From Alphaproteobacteria bacterium (lineage in GTDB: Bacteria; Pseudomonadota; Alphaproteobacteria; GCA-2731375), in assembly GCA_965232515.1 (NCBI GenBank), contig CBDDPY010000002.1, positions 1,824,001-1,888,000 of the forward strand: 64,000 bases of DNA. Reading direction: 5' to 3'. Under the pieces are notes generated by a model, which saw only the letters and a program-made list of their open reading frames with translations, ran no database searches and was not told the DNA's origin. This document shows positions 46,067-55,597 of this stretch, piece by piece. Every line of letters begins with the position of its first letter. Within the stretch, counting starts at the first letter, position 1. The translations under genes and the position numbers were made by a program.

Positions 46067-46477
46067 CTAGCGGCGGCCGCTGCCGCTCAACGCGGCTTTC
46101 AGCATGCCGACCTGCTTGGTGTACAGGTTGACGATCAGTTCGTACTCGCCGCGGCTCTCGGCCGCCTTCATCAGCTCTTCTTCCAACACCACGGCATTGC
46201 CGGTCGGCGTGGTTTCGAATTCCTGCTTTTCCGGCTTCGCCGTCGCCGGGACCGGCGCGCCGCTGCCGGCCATGTGCGCGCGGCTGGTCGCGGCCATGCC
46301 GAGGCGGCTCTCCGTCCGGCGCAGTGCCGCCTTGAAGTCGGGCGGCGCCAGGTCGCGGGCGATATAGTCCGGCGTATCCGCATTCGCGACATTCTGCGCC
46401 AACACGCGCTGGCGTTCGTTCAGCCAGTTCATGCGTGTCGTCAGCATGTTGAAGACCTTGAGGCGGCTCAGATCCAT
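46067..46477 (-). CDS. flgB: Basal-body rod protein FlgB
   Basis: RQRVLAQNVANADTPDY.ARDL, GNAVVLEEE; ATG at 46477. Confidence 0.96.
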   Translation of the reverse strand: MDLSRLKVFNMLTTRMNWLNERQRVLAQNVANADTPDYIARDLAPPDFKAALRRTESRLGMAATSRAHMAGSGAPVPATAKPEKQEFETTPTGNAVVLEEELMKAAESRGEYELIVNLYTKQVGMLKAALSGSGRR

Positions 46478-46558
46478 CTCTCGTCCAGCTCTGGCGCCGG
46501 TCCGGTGCACGGAACGGCGGATTAGGTTTGTCGCTTATGTTCATAGTCGGCGTCGGCC

Positions 46559-46574
46559 GTTAAGAAACGTTTAA
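46559..46574. promoter_or_regulatory. CtrA box between divergent flgB and fliO/fliP units
   Basis: GTTAA-GAAACGT-TTAA, a perfect TTAA-N7-TTAAC on the minus strand; second near-match TTTA-N7-TTAA at 46599-46613. Confidence 0.85.
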
Positions 46575-46687
46575 ATGGCCCAGCACCGGCCGACCGCCTT
46601 TAGGCTTTGTTAAGCATGACGATGCCAGATTTACCGGGAGTTTGGCGGCCAAATGCCACGGCGCCGCTGTCGACCCCGAGGATACCA

Positions 46688-46981
46688 ATGGCTGGCACTT
46701 CCGATCCCGAATCCGAAATCGAGTCGATCGCGACGGCGTTGAATGCCGCCCGCGAGCAGGTGCGTAAGGGCGACCTGATCGACCTGACCGACTTCGCCGA
46801 ACGTATCGGCCGGCTCTGCGACACGCTGACGGCGCTGCCGCTGAACAGCGCCGCCGCCTATGCCGACCGGCTTGATCATCTGGCTGATGACCTGAACGCG
46901 CTCGCCAATGACGTCAACGACCAGCGCGAGCAGTTGCGCAAGCGGCTCGGCGGCATGGACGGCGGGTCGACGGCGCCATGA
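46688..46981 (+). CDS. Small helical hypothetical protein coupled to fliO
   Basis: ATG at 46688 after GAGGA; heptad-like helices; ATGA overlap with fliO. Confidence 0.65.
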   Translation: MAGTSDPESEIESIATALNAAREQVRKGDLIDLTDFAERIGRLCDTLTALPLNSAAAYADRLDHLADDLNALANDVNDQREQLRKRLGGMDGGSTAP

Positions 46982-47298
46982 TCGAATGGACGGACTATTT
47001 CCGTTTCGTCCTTGCTCTCGTGTTCGTGCTGGCGCTGATCGGCGGCCTCAGCCTGCTGGCCCGCCGTTTCGGCCTGACGCCCCGAGTGACCACAAGCGGC
47101 GGCCGGGCGACGCGACGCCTGGCGATCGTCGAAGTGGCGCCCGTCGACGCCAAGCATCGATTGATCCTGGTGCGGCGCGACGACAGAGAAAGCCTGATCC
47201 TGCTTGGCCCGACCGCCGACCTGCTGATCGAATCCGACATCCCTGTTCCCGACGAACGGTCGGAGCTGAAGCCGAAGCTGGTCCGGAGCGGCGCATGA
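46978..47298 (+). CDS. fliO: Flagellar export chaperone FliO
   Basis: RFVLALVFVLALIG TM segment, RRLAIVEV..VD.KHRLILVRRD; precedes fliP. Confidence 0.9.
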   Translation: MIEWTDYFRFVLALVFVLALIGGLSLLARRFGLTPRVTTSGGRATRRLAIVEVAPVDAKHRLILVRRDDRESLILLGPTADLLIESDIPVPDERSELKPKLVRSGA

Positions 47299-48047
47299 AC
47301 CGGCCGCGCCGAGGGCGCGCCGCCGCCCTCGGCGTCGGCTTGATCGCGGCGCTTCTGCTGGCGGCGGCGACGCCCGCTTTCGCCCAGGCGCTGACGCTCG
47401 ATCTCGGCGACGGCGGTCAGCTCAGCGGCCGCGTCATGCAGTTGCTGGCGTTGATTACGGTTCTCAGCCTGGCGCCCTCGATCCTGGTCATGATGACGTC
47501 GTTCACGCGTATCGTCGTGGTGCTGTCGCTCCTGCGCAGCGCGCTCGGCGTGCAGCAAAGTCCGCCGAATTCGGTGATCATCAGCCTGGCGCTGTTCATG
47601 ACGGTGTTCATCATGACACCGACCCTGACCCAGATCTACGACACCGCCATCGCGCCGCTGGTCGACGAGCAGATCGACGAGGCGGAAGCGCTCGAGCGCG
47701 CTGCGGTGCCGGTGCGCGCCTTCATGCTGAAGCAGGTCCGCGAGAAGGACCTGCTTCTGTTCCTCGACCTGTCGGGCAACGAACGGCCGGAATCGCCGGA
47801 GGCGACGCCGATGCAGGTGCTGATCCCGGCCTTCATCATCAGCGAGTTGCGGCGGGCGTTCGAGATCGGCTTCCTGCTGTTCGTGCCGTTCATCGTCGTC
47901 GACATGGTGGTCGCCTCGGTGCTCATGTCGATGGGCATGATGATGCTGCCGCCGATCATGATCTCACTGCCGTTCAAGCTGATCTTCTTCGTCCTCGTCG
48001 ACGGCTGGCACCTCGTCACCGGCAGCCTGATCCAAAGCTTCAACTGA
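47295..48047 (+). CDS. fliP: Flagellar export protein FliP
   Basis: MMTSFTRIVVVLS, QSPPN, PAFIISEL, MGMMMLPP, FVLVDGW; ATG at 47295. Confidence 0.97.
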   Translation: MNRPRRGRAAALGVGLIAALLLAAATPAFAQALTLDLGDGGQLSGRVMQLLALITVLSLAPSILVMMTSFTRIVVVLSLLRSALGVQQSPPNSVIISLALFMTVFIMTPTLTQIYDTAIAPLVDEQIDEAEALERAAVPVRAFMLKQVREKDLLLFLDLSGNERPESPEATPMQVLIPAFIISELRRAFEIGFLLFVPFIVVDMVVASVLMSMGMMMLPPIMISLPFKLIFFVLVDGWHLVTGSLIQSFN

Positions 48048-48191
48048 CGCTTCGACAATTTGGACGGCACACTTTAAAGGCCGCGACTGCGGCCCGCCGG
48101 CAATCCGGCGCGCCCGCGCAGGCGCGGACCGCAGGTCCGCTGCCGTGAGCGCAAATATAAACTAGATCGCGTGCCCGTTCGGGGACGCAAT

Positions 48192-51100
48192 CTAGTTGAT
48201 GGCGCTGAGACCGCCGACGGCGAGCCGACTGCGATAGCTGGCCATGAAGGCCTCGAGCTGGCTGGTGTCGGCGATGGCGCCGGCGAGCTGCCGGAATTCG
48301 GTCTTGGTCGGATCGATATTGTGGGTCAGCACCCGAAAGGTGTCGGCATGCGGGCCGTTCGCCATCCGCTCGGCAAATTCGTCGGTCAACTTGTCCAGGC
48401 CTTCGAAGTCGTCGGCCATGTAGAGCGAAATCGCCGTCTGGATCACGCGGTTCTGATCCGACGCCGACAACGGTAGGTCCTGCCGGGCCCGGTCGGCCAA
48501 CAGGCCCTGCATGGTTTTCGCCGCCGCCGCCCAATCCTGGTTGCGCCAATGGATGTCGGCCCGCAACAGCTGGGCCGGCTCGCTGGTGTCGCCGGCGATG
48601 GACTCCAGCGCCTCCTTGGTGCGGTTCAGCTCCACCAGCGCGCGGATCCGCAAATAGCGTCGTTCACTCGACAGCTCGTCCGCGAGCACGCCGAAGCGAC
48701 TGGCGTCGAGCACCGAGAGGGCCTCTGCCGGGCTCTTGTTCAGCAAATGAATGACGGCCAGACGGGCCGCGACCCGCGCCTTCTCACCGCCCTTCAGACG
48801 AAAGTTCACCTGGTGGTCGAGCAGCCGCGCCGCCCGATCCAGCAAATCGACCTGGACCAGACGATCGGCCAGTCGGCGGATCATCTCGTCGCCGCGCTTA
48901 CCGACGGGCGTCAGCTCCTGGAAGTCATAATACAGCGCCAGCGCCCGCACCGGATCGAGTTTGTTCGCCGCACCGTTCAGGTACAGCTCATCGAAGATCG
49001 AGTTCATGAGCTGGGCCAGCGTCCGCGCGTTCTTGGAATCCGGAAAGTAGGTCACGGCCTGACGCAGGGTCTCCAGCGCTTTGCGGTAGTCGCTGTTGGC
49101 GATGTGCATATCCGACAGCCGCTCCATCAGCCGGAGCTCATAGGTATCGCCGCGCCAGGCGAAGCGCAAAGACTCCAGACGCTCGATGGCCTCGGTCGCA
49201 TCGATCTGTTCCAGACCGAGCTCGACCTTCACCTTGGCCATCGCGGCCCGCGCGCGCGTCGGCCGATAGTCGCGGTCGATGGCGGCCGCATAGTGTTCCA
49301 GCGCCAGCTCGGGCTCTTCGTCGCGTTCGGCCGCCTTGCCCCGCATCAGCCTGGCGTAGCTCGCCGCCCGACGTGAATCCGGGAACGCCTCCAGTTGGTC
49401 GACGGCAACCCGGAAGCTGGTGATGTCGTCGGCCTGGAGCGCGGCCTGCGACCAGCCAATCAGCACCTGCTCCGCCAACTCTCGCGGCAGCGTCTGTATC
49501 GCCTCGGCGCCGGCCGCGAATTCGCGGTTCGCCTCCTCGTATTTCTCCATGCCGAGGTAGATCAGACCGCGCCAGACGCCGACATCGGCATGCCGGTTGA
49601 GGTCGGCGTGCAACAGGTCCTTGGCCGCCACATCAGAACGGTTGGACAGCAACAGGCTGACGCCGCGAACGGCCCGGAAATCCGGTCGCTTGGGCAGCTC
49701 CGGATCGTCGGCTTCCATCATCGTCAGCAGCGCCAGCGTATCGGCGATCTGGTTGTGCGCGAAGTACAGGCGCGCCAGCGCCCAGCGCGCATCGTTGCGT
49801 TTCGGCTCGGGCGCCGACGCCAGCTCACGCTGCAGCGCCTGCTTGCGCATCGTGAAGCCATCGTTGCCGTCGGCCCGCCAACCACGGAAGTCCATCAGCA
49901 GGCCTTTCACCGAGGCGGCAAACATGCGTGTGTTGCGCGTCTTCTCGACCACCTCGGGCGAAGACAACACCAGGCCGCGCCCATTGCCGATGGCGACGCC
50001 GTTGCGCCGCGGCGTGACCTCAAGATCGTCGATGAAAGCCCGCACGACGACACCCTGCGCCGTCGGCAGCGTGCGAAACTCGGCGAATTCCTGCGATACC
50101 GGCACGCCATGCCCCGACGGCAGGACAGGGACCACGGTCAGTTCGTCGCCGACCTCGGGATCGTAGATCCGGACGCGTCTGCCGGTGTCGATCACCGGCA
50201 GGAAGACCCGCGGCCCGTCGACGGCATTGGATTGCGGCACGGCCGGGATCTGCGCCGAAGCTCCGCCGGCGCCGGTCGACAGACGCAGCAGCCAGGTCGC
50301 CCGCTCGCGCCGCATGGTCGGGAACAGACCGTTGCGGATTTTCAACCGAAGAATCGTGGCCCGTCGATGGCCGATTTGCTGTGCGGCCAGGATCCCGCTG
50401 TCGCCGCCGCCGACACCGCGCAGGTCGGCAAGCGTCGGCGCATCGAAAATGATCCAAAGGAAGCCCGAGCGCTCGAAGGCGGCCGCGGCGACCGGCTCGG
50501 ACCAGGGAAAGGCCAATTGAATGGAATCGCCGGTCTCGTTGATGCCGATGCGCAGGCGGCCGCCCTCCTCCGCCGGCTCGACCGCGGCCTGGGTCGTCGG
50601 CGCGGTTGGCTGCGGTGTCGGCGCGGGCGCCTGGGCAACGGGCTCGCGCTTGACGGCCGGCGGACCGGCATTCTCCTTCTGCTGCGTCTTCTTCACCAGC
50701 GGCACCGGCGGTCCATCGGCGGGCTTTGCCTGTGTCGTCGCGGCCGGCGCCGGCGGCTTGGCCGTCGCGGCCAGAATGTCGACGACGACCTTGGTGCCGT
50801 CGCGGAAATGGCGCACCCTGACACCCTTGGGCACGGCCAGATCGACCCGGGTGCCGGCGGCGTCCTGACGAACGCTGATACCCTTCAACTGCGGCGGACT
50901 GTCCCGTCGCGCCGGCTTGGTGTCGATGCGCGCGGCATGCGAAAAGGCGATGCTGACCTGTCCGTCCTGCTCGCTGATGCGATAGGTAACGTTGCGCCGC
51001 CAGTCGAAGACCAATCGGCTGAAGCCGTTGTGCTCACCGGCCCGCACCCGGACGACATCCGGCTCGGCTGGTTTGTCCGCCGCCGTGGCGGTACCGGCGG

Positions 51101-51482
51101 CGGGGCTTAGATCGACCAGATCCAGCGCCACGACACCGTCGATCCGCCGTTGCTTCAGACGCACCGGACGGATCAGGCGCATGGTCAGACGCCGGCCGTC
51201 GGGCGCCGCGGTCACATGCCGCACATAGCGGTAGAGATGCCGGTGGATCGGCCGGAAATTCCGATCGACCGCCGTGCTAAGATCAATCACCAGATCCAGA
51301 CCGTCGAGGCTGGCCCGAAACCCGTTCGGCGTCTCGCCGTCGAACGCCATCCGGGCAAAGCCGTCATGGGTGCCGGCTCGAATACGAATGCCGTCTTCGG
51401 CCGCCGACGCCACCGCTGGCGCCAAAAGCAAAGCCAGCGCCAGGCCACGCGCGGCAAGCCGCGGACTGCGTATCCCGCTCAT
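48192..51482 (-). CDS. Large periplasmic TPR flagellar-motor accessory protein (MotK/PflA-like)
   Basis: Signal peptide; two repeats R.G.H.GF.R..FD (AMIN-like), Pro-rich linker, long TPR region, LRFAWRGD; overlaps the motB-like gene. Confidence 0.75.
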   Translation of the reverse strand: MSGIRSPRLAARGLALALLLAPAVASAAEDGIRIRAGTHDGFARMAFDGETPNGFRASLDGLDLVIDLSTAVDRNFRPIHRHLYRYVRHVTAAPDGRRLTMRLIRPVRLKQRRIDGVVALDLVDLSPAAGTATAADKPAEPDVVRVRAGEHNGFSRLVFDWRRNVTYRISEQDGQVSIAFSHAARIDTKPARRDSPPQLKGISVRQDAAGTRVDLAVPKGVRVRHFRDGTKVVVDILAATAKPPAPAATTQAKPADGPPVPLVKKTQQKENAGPPAVKREPVAQAPAPTPQPTAPTTQAAVEPAEEGGRLRIGINETGDSIQLAFPWSEPVAAAAFERSGFLWIIFDAPTLADLRGVGGGDSGILAAQQIGHRRATILRLKIRNGLFPTMRRERATWLLRLSTGAGGASAQIPAVPQSNAVDGPRVFLPVIDTGRRVRIYDPEVGDELTVVPVLPSGHGVPVSQEFAEFRTLPTAQGVVVRAFIDDLEVTPRRNGVAIGNGRGLVLSSPEVVEKTRNTRMFAASVKGLLMDFRGWRADGNDGFTMRKQALQRELASAPEPKRNDARWALARLYFAHNQIADTLALLTMMEADDPELPKRPDFRAVRGVSLLLSNRSDVAAKDLLHADLNRHADVGVWRGLIYLGMEKYEEANREFAAGAEAIQTLPRELAEQVLIGWSQAALQADDITSFRVAVDQLEAFPDSRRAASYARLMRGKAAERDEEPELALEHYAAAIDRDYRPTRARAAMAKVKVELGLEQIDATEAIERLESLRFAWRGDTYELRLMERLSDMHIANSDYRKALETLRQAVTYFPDSKNARTLAQLMNSIFDELYLNGAANKLDPVRALALYYDFQELTPVGKRGDEMIRRLADRLVQVDLLDRAARLLDHQVNFRLKGGEKARVAARLAVIHLLNKSPAEALSVLDASRFGVLADELSSERRYLRIRALVELNRTKEALESIAGDTSEPAQLLRADIHWRNQDWAAAAKTMQGLLADRARQDLPLSASDQNRVIQTAISLYMADDFEGLDKLTDEFAERMANGPHADTFRVLTHNIDPTKTEFRQLAGAIADTSQLEAFMASYRSRLAVGGLSAIN

Positions 51483-52198
51483 TCGGCCCTCGCCGGGCTT
51501 TCGCGCAGGATCAGATCGACCCGCCGGGCGAGCCGCATACGACGGGCTTCGCTCAAGGCCGTCGACAGATCGAAGAACCGCGAGTCGGCCAAGCCGAAGA
51601 CGTGGATCGGCAGACTATAGCCGCCGGCGGAAACCGCATTGGCAATCGCCGTGGCGCGCGCCAGCGACAGCTCCCAATTGGATGGGAACGGGCCGGATCC
51701 GCTGACGGGATCGGGATCGGTGTGACCTTGCACCTCGAGTTGGTTGGCGACGAACGCGAGCGCGCTCGCCAGTACCGCGGCGGCATTGCGCGCGGCCGGA
51801 GTCGGATCGGCGCGCCCGGGCGGGAACAACAGGTCGGCCGGCAGCGACAGCAGCAGCCGGTCGTCGAGCCGGATGATCAGACCGCGCGAGAGCAGCGGGT
51901 CGGTCGCGATCTTCTCCTCCAGAATGCGCTGCAGATAGCTCAAATCGACGGCGCGGCGCTCCTGCACCTCCGGTGAATTGACGTCGAAGCGCAAGACCGG
52001 ATCGGTCCATTCGACGCTGGGGTTCAACCGCTCCGACAGGGCCTGGACCAGCGCATGCCAGGCATCCAGCTTGACCTGCGACATCGAGAACAGGAGCACG
52101 AAGAATGTCAGCAGCAGCGACATCAGATCGGCGAACGTGATCATCCACGCCCGGCTGGACGGCTTCGGCAGCGGCGGCTGATTATCCAGGTCCGACAT
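51479..52198 (-). CDS. motB: Flagellar stator protein MotB
   Basis: AWMITFADLMSLLLTFFVLLFSMS TM segment with Asp; OmpA-like GHTD, SNWELSLARA, RRVD. Confidence 0.88.
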   Translation of the reverse strand: MSDLDNQPPLPKPSSRAWMITFADLMSLLLTFFVLLFSMSQVKLDAWHALVQALSERLNPSVEWTDPVLRFDVNSPEVQERRAVDLSYLQRILEEKIATDPLLSRGLIIRLDDRLLLSLPADLLFPPGRADPTPAARNAAAVLASALAFVANQLEVQGHTDPDPVSGSGPFPSNWELSLARATAIANAVSAGGYSLPIHVFGLADSRFFDLSTALSEARRMRLARRVDLILRESPARAE

Positions 52199-52202
52199 TC
52201 GA

Positions 52203-52886
52203 CTAGGGCACCAGGGTCTCGAAGCTGATCTTCGCCTGCTGTTCGATGCGGGTCGCGAAGGTGATCTCGGCGACGCCAGGATCGCCGCGGCGAATGCCGG
52301 TCAGGATCGACGTCGGCGCCGCGCCGCGGCGCCGCAGCGCCCGCGCGAAGACGCCGGCGCGCTGAACCTCCAGCAGCGCGCCGCTGGTCGGACCATCCGG
52401 CAGTTGGGGCCCGGTGCCGAGCAGCAGTTCGGCCTCGAAGCGCAGGCCGGGCTCCTGCCGGTTCAGGCTGTCGGCGATCCCGTCGAGCAACCGGCGGCCA
52501 TTCAGGCGGAACCGCAACGAACCTGCATGGAACAGTTGATCGGCCGGCACGGTCACCCGAAAGATGCCGCCGCGCTGCACCGGCGAAAACTGGGCCAGCG
52601 GCAGCGTTTCCTCGAACAGTCGCCTGATATCCCTGCGGAAGGTGGCCGCCGCGCGGAAATAGCCCGTGCTGGTGGACGACGACATGCGATCGACCCGCAC
52701 CGGCAGGTCGGTTCGGAAGGTCGCGGTCAGGCTGCCGATCGCCACCTCGGCCCGCGACTCCTCATAGTTCGAAATGCTGTTCAGCAGGATGAAGAACGCC
52801 AGCAACAGCAGATAGAGCGACAACAGCACGACGATCGTCGGGTCTCGGTCACTGTTGGTACTCTGGCCAATGAACGGCATATGCAT
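52203..52886 (-). CDS. Divergent MotB-like protein
   Basis: LSLYLLLLAFFILLNSIS resembles the MotB TM segment and plug start; degenerate OmpA-like C-terminus. Confidence 0.7.
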   Translation of the reverse strand: MHMPFIGQSTNSDRDPTIVVLLSLYLLLLAFFILLNSISNYEESRAEVAIGSLTATFRTDLPVRVDRMSSSTSTGYFRAAATFRRDIRRLFEETLPLAQFSPVQRGGIFRVTVPADQLFHAGSLRFRLNGRRLLDGIADSLNRQEPGLRFEAELLLGTGPQLPDGPTSGALLEVQRAGVFARALRRRGAAPTSILTGIRRGDPGVAEITFATRIEQQAKISFETLVP

Positions 52887-52974
52887 GGCGGCAGCGTCCG
52901 AATTCCCGGGAGGACCAACGGCGCGGCCGGCCCAGGCGGTTGGCCGGCCTTGGCTGTCGAGGGTAAGCGGGTTT

Positions 52975-52991
52975 GGTTAATCGGCCGTAAA
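52975..52991 (-). promoter_or_regulatory. CtrA-like box upstream of the motB-like operon
   Basis: Minus strand TTTA-CGGCCGA-TTAACC. Confidence 0.65.
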
Positions 52992-53046
52992 ACCGCCCGT
53001 CCGGGGCCAACGGGCAGGCGCCGCCAACCCGTGGCCAAAACGCCGC

Positions 53047-54762
53047 TCAGGTCGTCCTGACGGTCGACGAGCCTCTGCCGCGTGCCCGGGTCAGCCGCCC
53101 CATCAGGCGTTCGAGCGATTCCAGACGCTGACGCTTTTCTTCCTTGGTGTCGGACTCCTGCAAAAACAGCTGCATGAATTCCGGGTCGCGGATGTAGTGC
53201 AGCGCCTCGTCATGCGCCTGGCGCGACGCCATGCCCTCGGTGAAGACGTTTTCCGTGCACATTCGCAGCAGCGTCGTGGCCTTCTCGTAGCAGTTTCGAT
53301 CGCTACGATCGATCTCGCCGAAAATGTCGTGCTCGTTGACCATTTGCATACAGAAATAGTCGAGCTGCTCGCTGATCTCCGACTTGTACCGGTTCGAAAA
53401 GCCGCTATCGAGCACGCGCGCCTGAACGGCGGCAAGCTGGCGCATTCGGTTCTCCGGTGGCCCGATATGCTGAATGAACGCATCCGAGCCGATCGCATCG
53501 CCGAAGATCGGCATGATGTAGTTGACGAGCTTGCGTTTGTTCTTCTGGCCGACGATGCCGTGCTCGATGTTCATGAGGCAGGTCACCCGCGCCAACGGGT
53601 CGACTACGCCCTGCAACAGCTGTCCGATCATGTCCGGCCCCAGATACCGCTTCGAACGCGACTTGAACGCCTTCTCGAGCTCGCCGCCGCCTAGATAGCT
53701 GCCGTCTTCGCGGCGGATGCGGGCTGCCAGATCGGCATTGAACAGGATTTCGTCGACGGCGCCGCCGTCGGTCAGGAAACGCGAACCGCTGAGCGACGAG
53801 ACCAACCTGTCCAACAAGGCGTCGCGACAGCGCGGCAGCCGGTCTTCGCCGATCATCTCATTGAGCAACCGGACCGACGCCGGGCAATCCCGGACCTCCA
53901 GACTGCCGAGCGCGAGATCGGCGATCTGCAACAAGGCCTGTCCGAGATTGGGCTGTTCGCCCAGCAACGCCGTCATCGTCGCGGCGCTGGCCAGGAGATC
54001 GGACAGCAAGGTGTCGAGCAAGGGCAGACTGAAATTGTCGGCCGGAGTCTCGGCAATCAGCTGCACGAGGTATTCGAGCTTGCCGGCGAAGGAACCTTCG
54101 GACTGCATCTCGATGACGACGGCCGTATTGAACAGAAACTCCCGATCCTCGCGGTCGCTGATGGCGATGCGCAGCGCGGCGACGTCGCGATCTTGAATCC
54201 GCACGATCTCGCCGTCGCGCCAACGCTTGCGGATGGAATTTCGGAGCTCTTCCAGCAGCTTGAACAGATCCCGCGTCCGTTCCTGGACGCTCATCTCGGT
54301 GCCCCGGACCTGCGCCATGGAAGCGCGTTGCACCGCGCCCATCATGAGCGAGCCCGTGCTCTCCAGCCGATGCATCAGATCGGGGTGATGCAACAGCTCC
54401 ATGACGCTGGTGTTTGTCTTGTTCAGGTAATCGTGCAGCAACCGCCGGATGGCCGCCCGCGCACGGACGCCATAGAGCTGATTGACCGCATTGCAGACCG
54501 GGCCGCCGTCGGCCGGACCGACGTCGTTTGTCGGCTTGCGCCGCCGGTCGCCCAGGAACAGGACCTCACGCTCGCTGAATTCGCCCGTGGCATCGTCATA
54601 TCCGACGCGCATGACCTTGACGTTGTCGCCACGGCCGTCGGGACGCCGCGCCGCGGCCTCGGCCTTGGCGTCGTCCTGGTCATCGAAGACGCCGACAACG
54701 GTCCAGCCGCTCTGATCCTCGATCAGAACCTCGAATGTGTTGGCGTTCGCGGTCACGCCCAC
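53047..54762 (-). CDS. Hypothetical cytoplasmic protein (571 aa, mostly helical)
   Basis: Long ORF with protein-like composition; GGAGG upstream of GTG; no recognisable motif. Confidence 0.8.
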   Translation of the reverse strand: MGVTANANTFEVLIEDQSGWTVVGVFDDQDDAKAEAAARRPDGRGDNVKVMRVGYDDATGEFSEREVLFLGDRRRKPTNDVGPADGGPVCNAVNQLYGVRARAAIRRLLHDYLNKTNTSVMELLHHPDLMHRLESTGSLMMGAVQRASMAQVRGTEMSVQERTRDLFKLLEELRNSIRKRWRDGEIVRIQDRDVAALRIAISDREDREFLFNTAVVIEMQSEGSFAGKLEYLVQLIAETPADNFSLPLLDTLLSDLLASAATMTALLGEQPNLGQALLQIADLALGSLEVRDCPASVRLLNEMIGEDRLPRCRDALLDRLVSSLSGSRFLTDGGAVDEILFNADLAARIRREDGSYLGGGELEKAFKSRSKRYLGPDMIGQLLQGVVDPLARVTCLMNIEHGIVGQKNKRKLVNYIMPIFGDAIGSDAFIQHIGPPENRMRQLAAVQARVLDSGFSNRYKSEISEQLDYFCMQMVNEHDIFGEIDRSDRNCYEKATTLLRMCTENVFTEGMASRQAHDEALHYIRDPEFMQLFLQESDTKEEKRQRLESLERLMGRLTRARGRGSSTVRTT

Positions 54763-54880
54763 CTTGCCTCCACTGCCACCGCACCAATTCTATGGTCGGC
54801 GAAGGGGCTTAAGATTTCGCCAAGTGGTATTGCAACGTCGGCGCGGGCAAGCCGGCACGCTTAACGGCTGTTAACGACGC

Positions 54881-55561
54881 CTAGCCGCCGGTCTTGGGCA
54901 GGACCCGTCGCGTGGCAAGTTCGACGGTTATCTGCTTGGCCTTGCCGGGATCCATGTTCGCCAGGATCGGCGCCATCTTGGCCTCGCGCATGCGCTCGGC
55001 GACGTCGAGCAAAATGTCGAGATCGAGCTGCTCGAAGATTCGCGCCGCGTCCTTCGGCTTCATGTTCTCGTAAACCTTCACCAAGCTCTTGAGCTGCTGC
55101 TCGCCCTGCTCGTCATGCTGCTGAAGGTATTGCTGAATCTTCTCCTCCAGCGCCTTCAACTCGACGATCTTGCCGTCGATGCGCTTCTCGGTGGCCTTCA
55201 AAACGTTCTCGCGCAATTCCAGATCCCGGGCGCGGGCGTCGAGCGCGTCGCGACGCTTGGCCAGGCTCTGCAGAACCTCGATCTCGGCCTGACTGAACTG
55301 CGTCGAGACCGGCCGCGGCGCCGGTTCGGCATCGCCGGCGTCGGCCGCGTTCGACTCAGCCGTCGCGTCCGTTGCCTCGGCGACCGCGGTGTCCTTCGGC
55401 TTCGCCGGCTTCGCCGCCGCCTCCGTCTCCGGCGTCGTTTCCGCCAGCGATGCCGGGAATATCAGATCGCCGGCGCCACGCCAGATGTTGTCCAGCTTGA
55501 GCCCAAACAACAGCGCCGTAGCGATAATGACGACCGGCAGGATCCTCAGTCTTTCGCTCAT
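54881..55561 (-). CDS. motE: MotE family flagellar motility protein (MgtE N-like domain)
   Basis: N-terminal hydrophobic segment, coiled coil, LVKVYENMKPKDAARIF...MAPILANMDP.KA. Confidence 0.85.
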   Translation of the reverse strand: MSERLRILPVVIIATALLFGLKLDNIWRGAGDLIFPASLAETTPETEAAAKPAKPKDTAVAEATDATAESNAADAGDAEPAPRPVSTQFSQAEIEVLQSLAKRRDALDARARDLELRENVLKATEKRIDGKIVELKALEEKIQQYLQQHDEQGEQQLKSLVKVYENMKPKDAARIFEQLDLDILLDVAERMREAKMAPILANMDPGKAKQITVELATRRVLPKTGG

Positions 55562-55597
55562 CTCGCGTCCGTTCTTCTCATTGCGGGCTTGGCCGTA

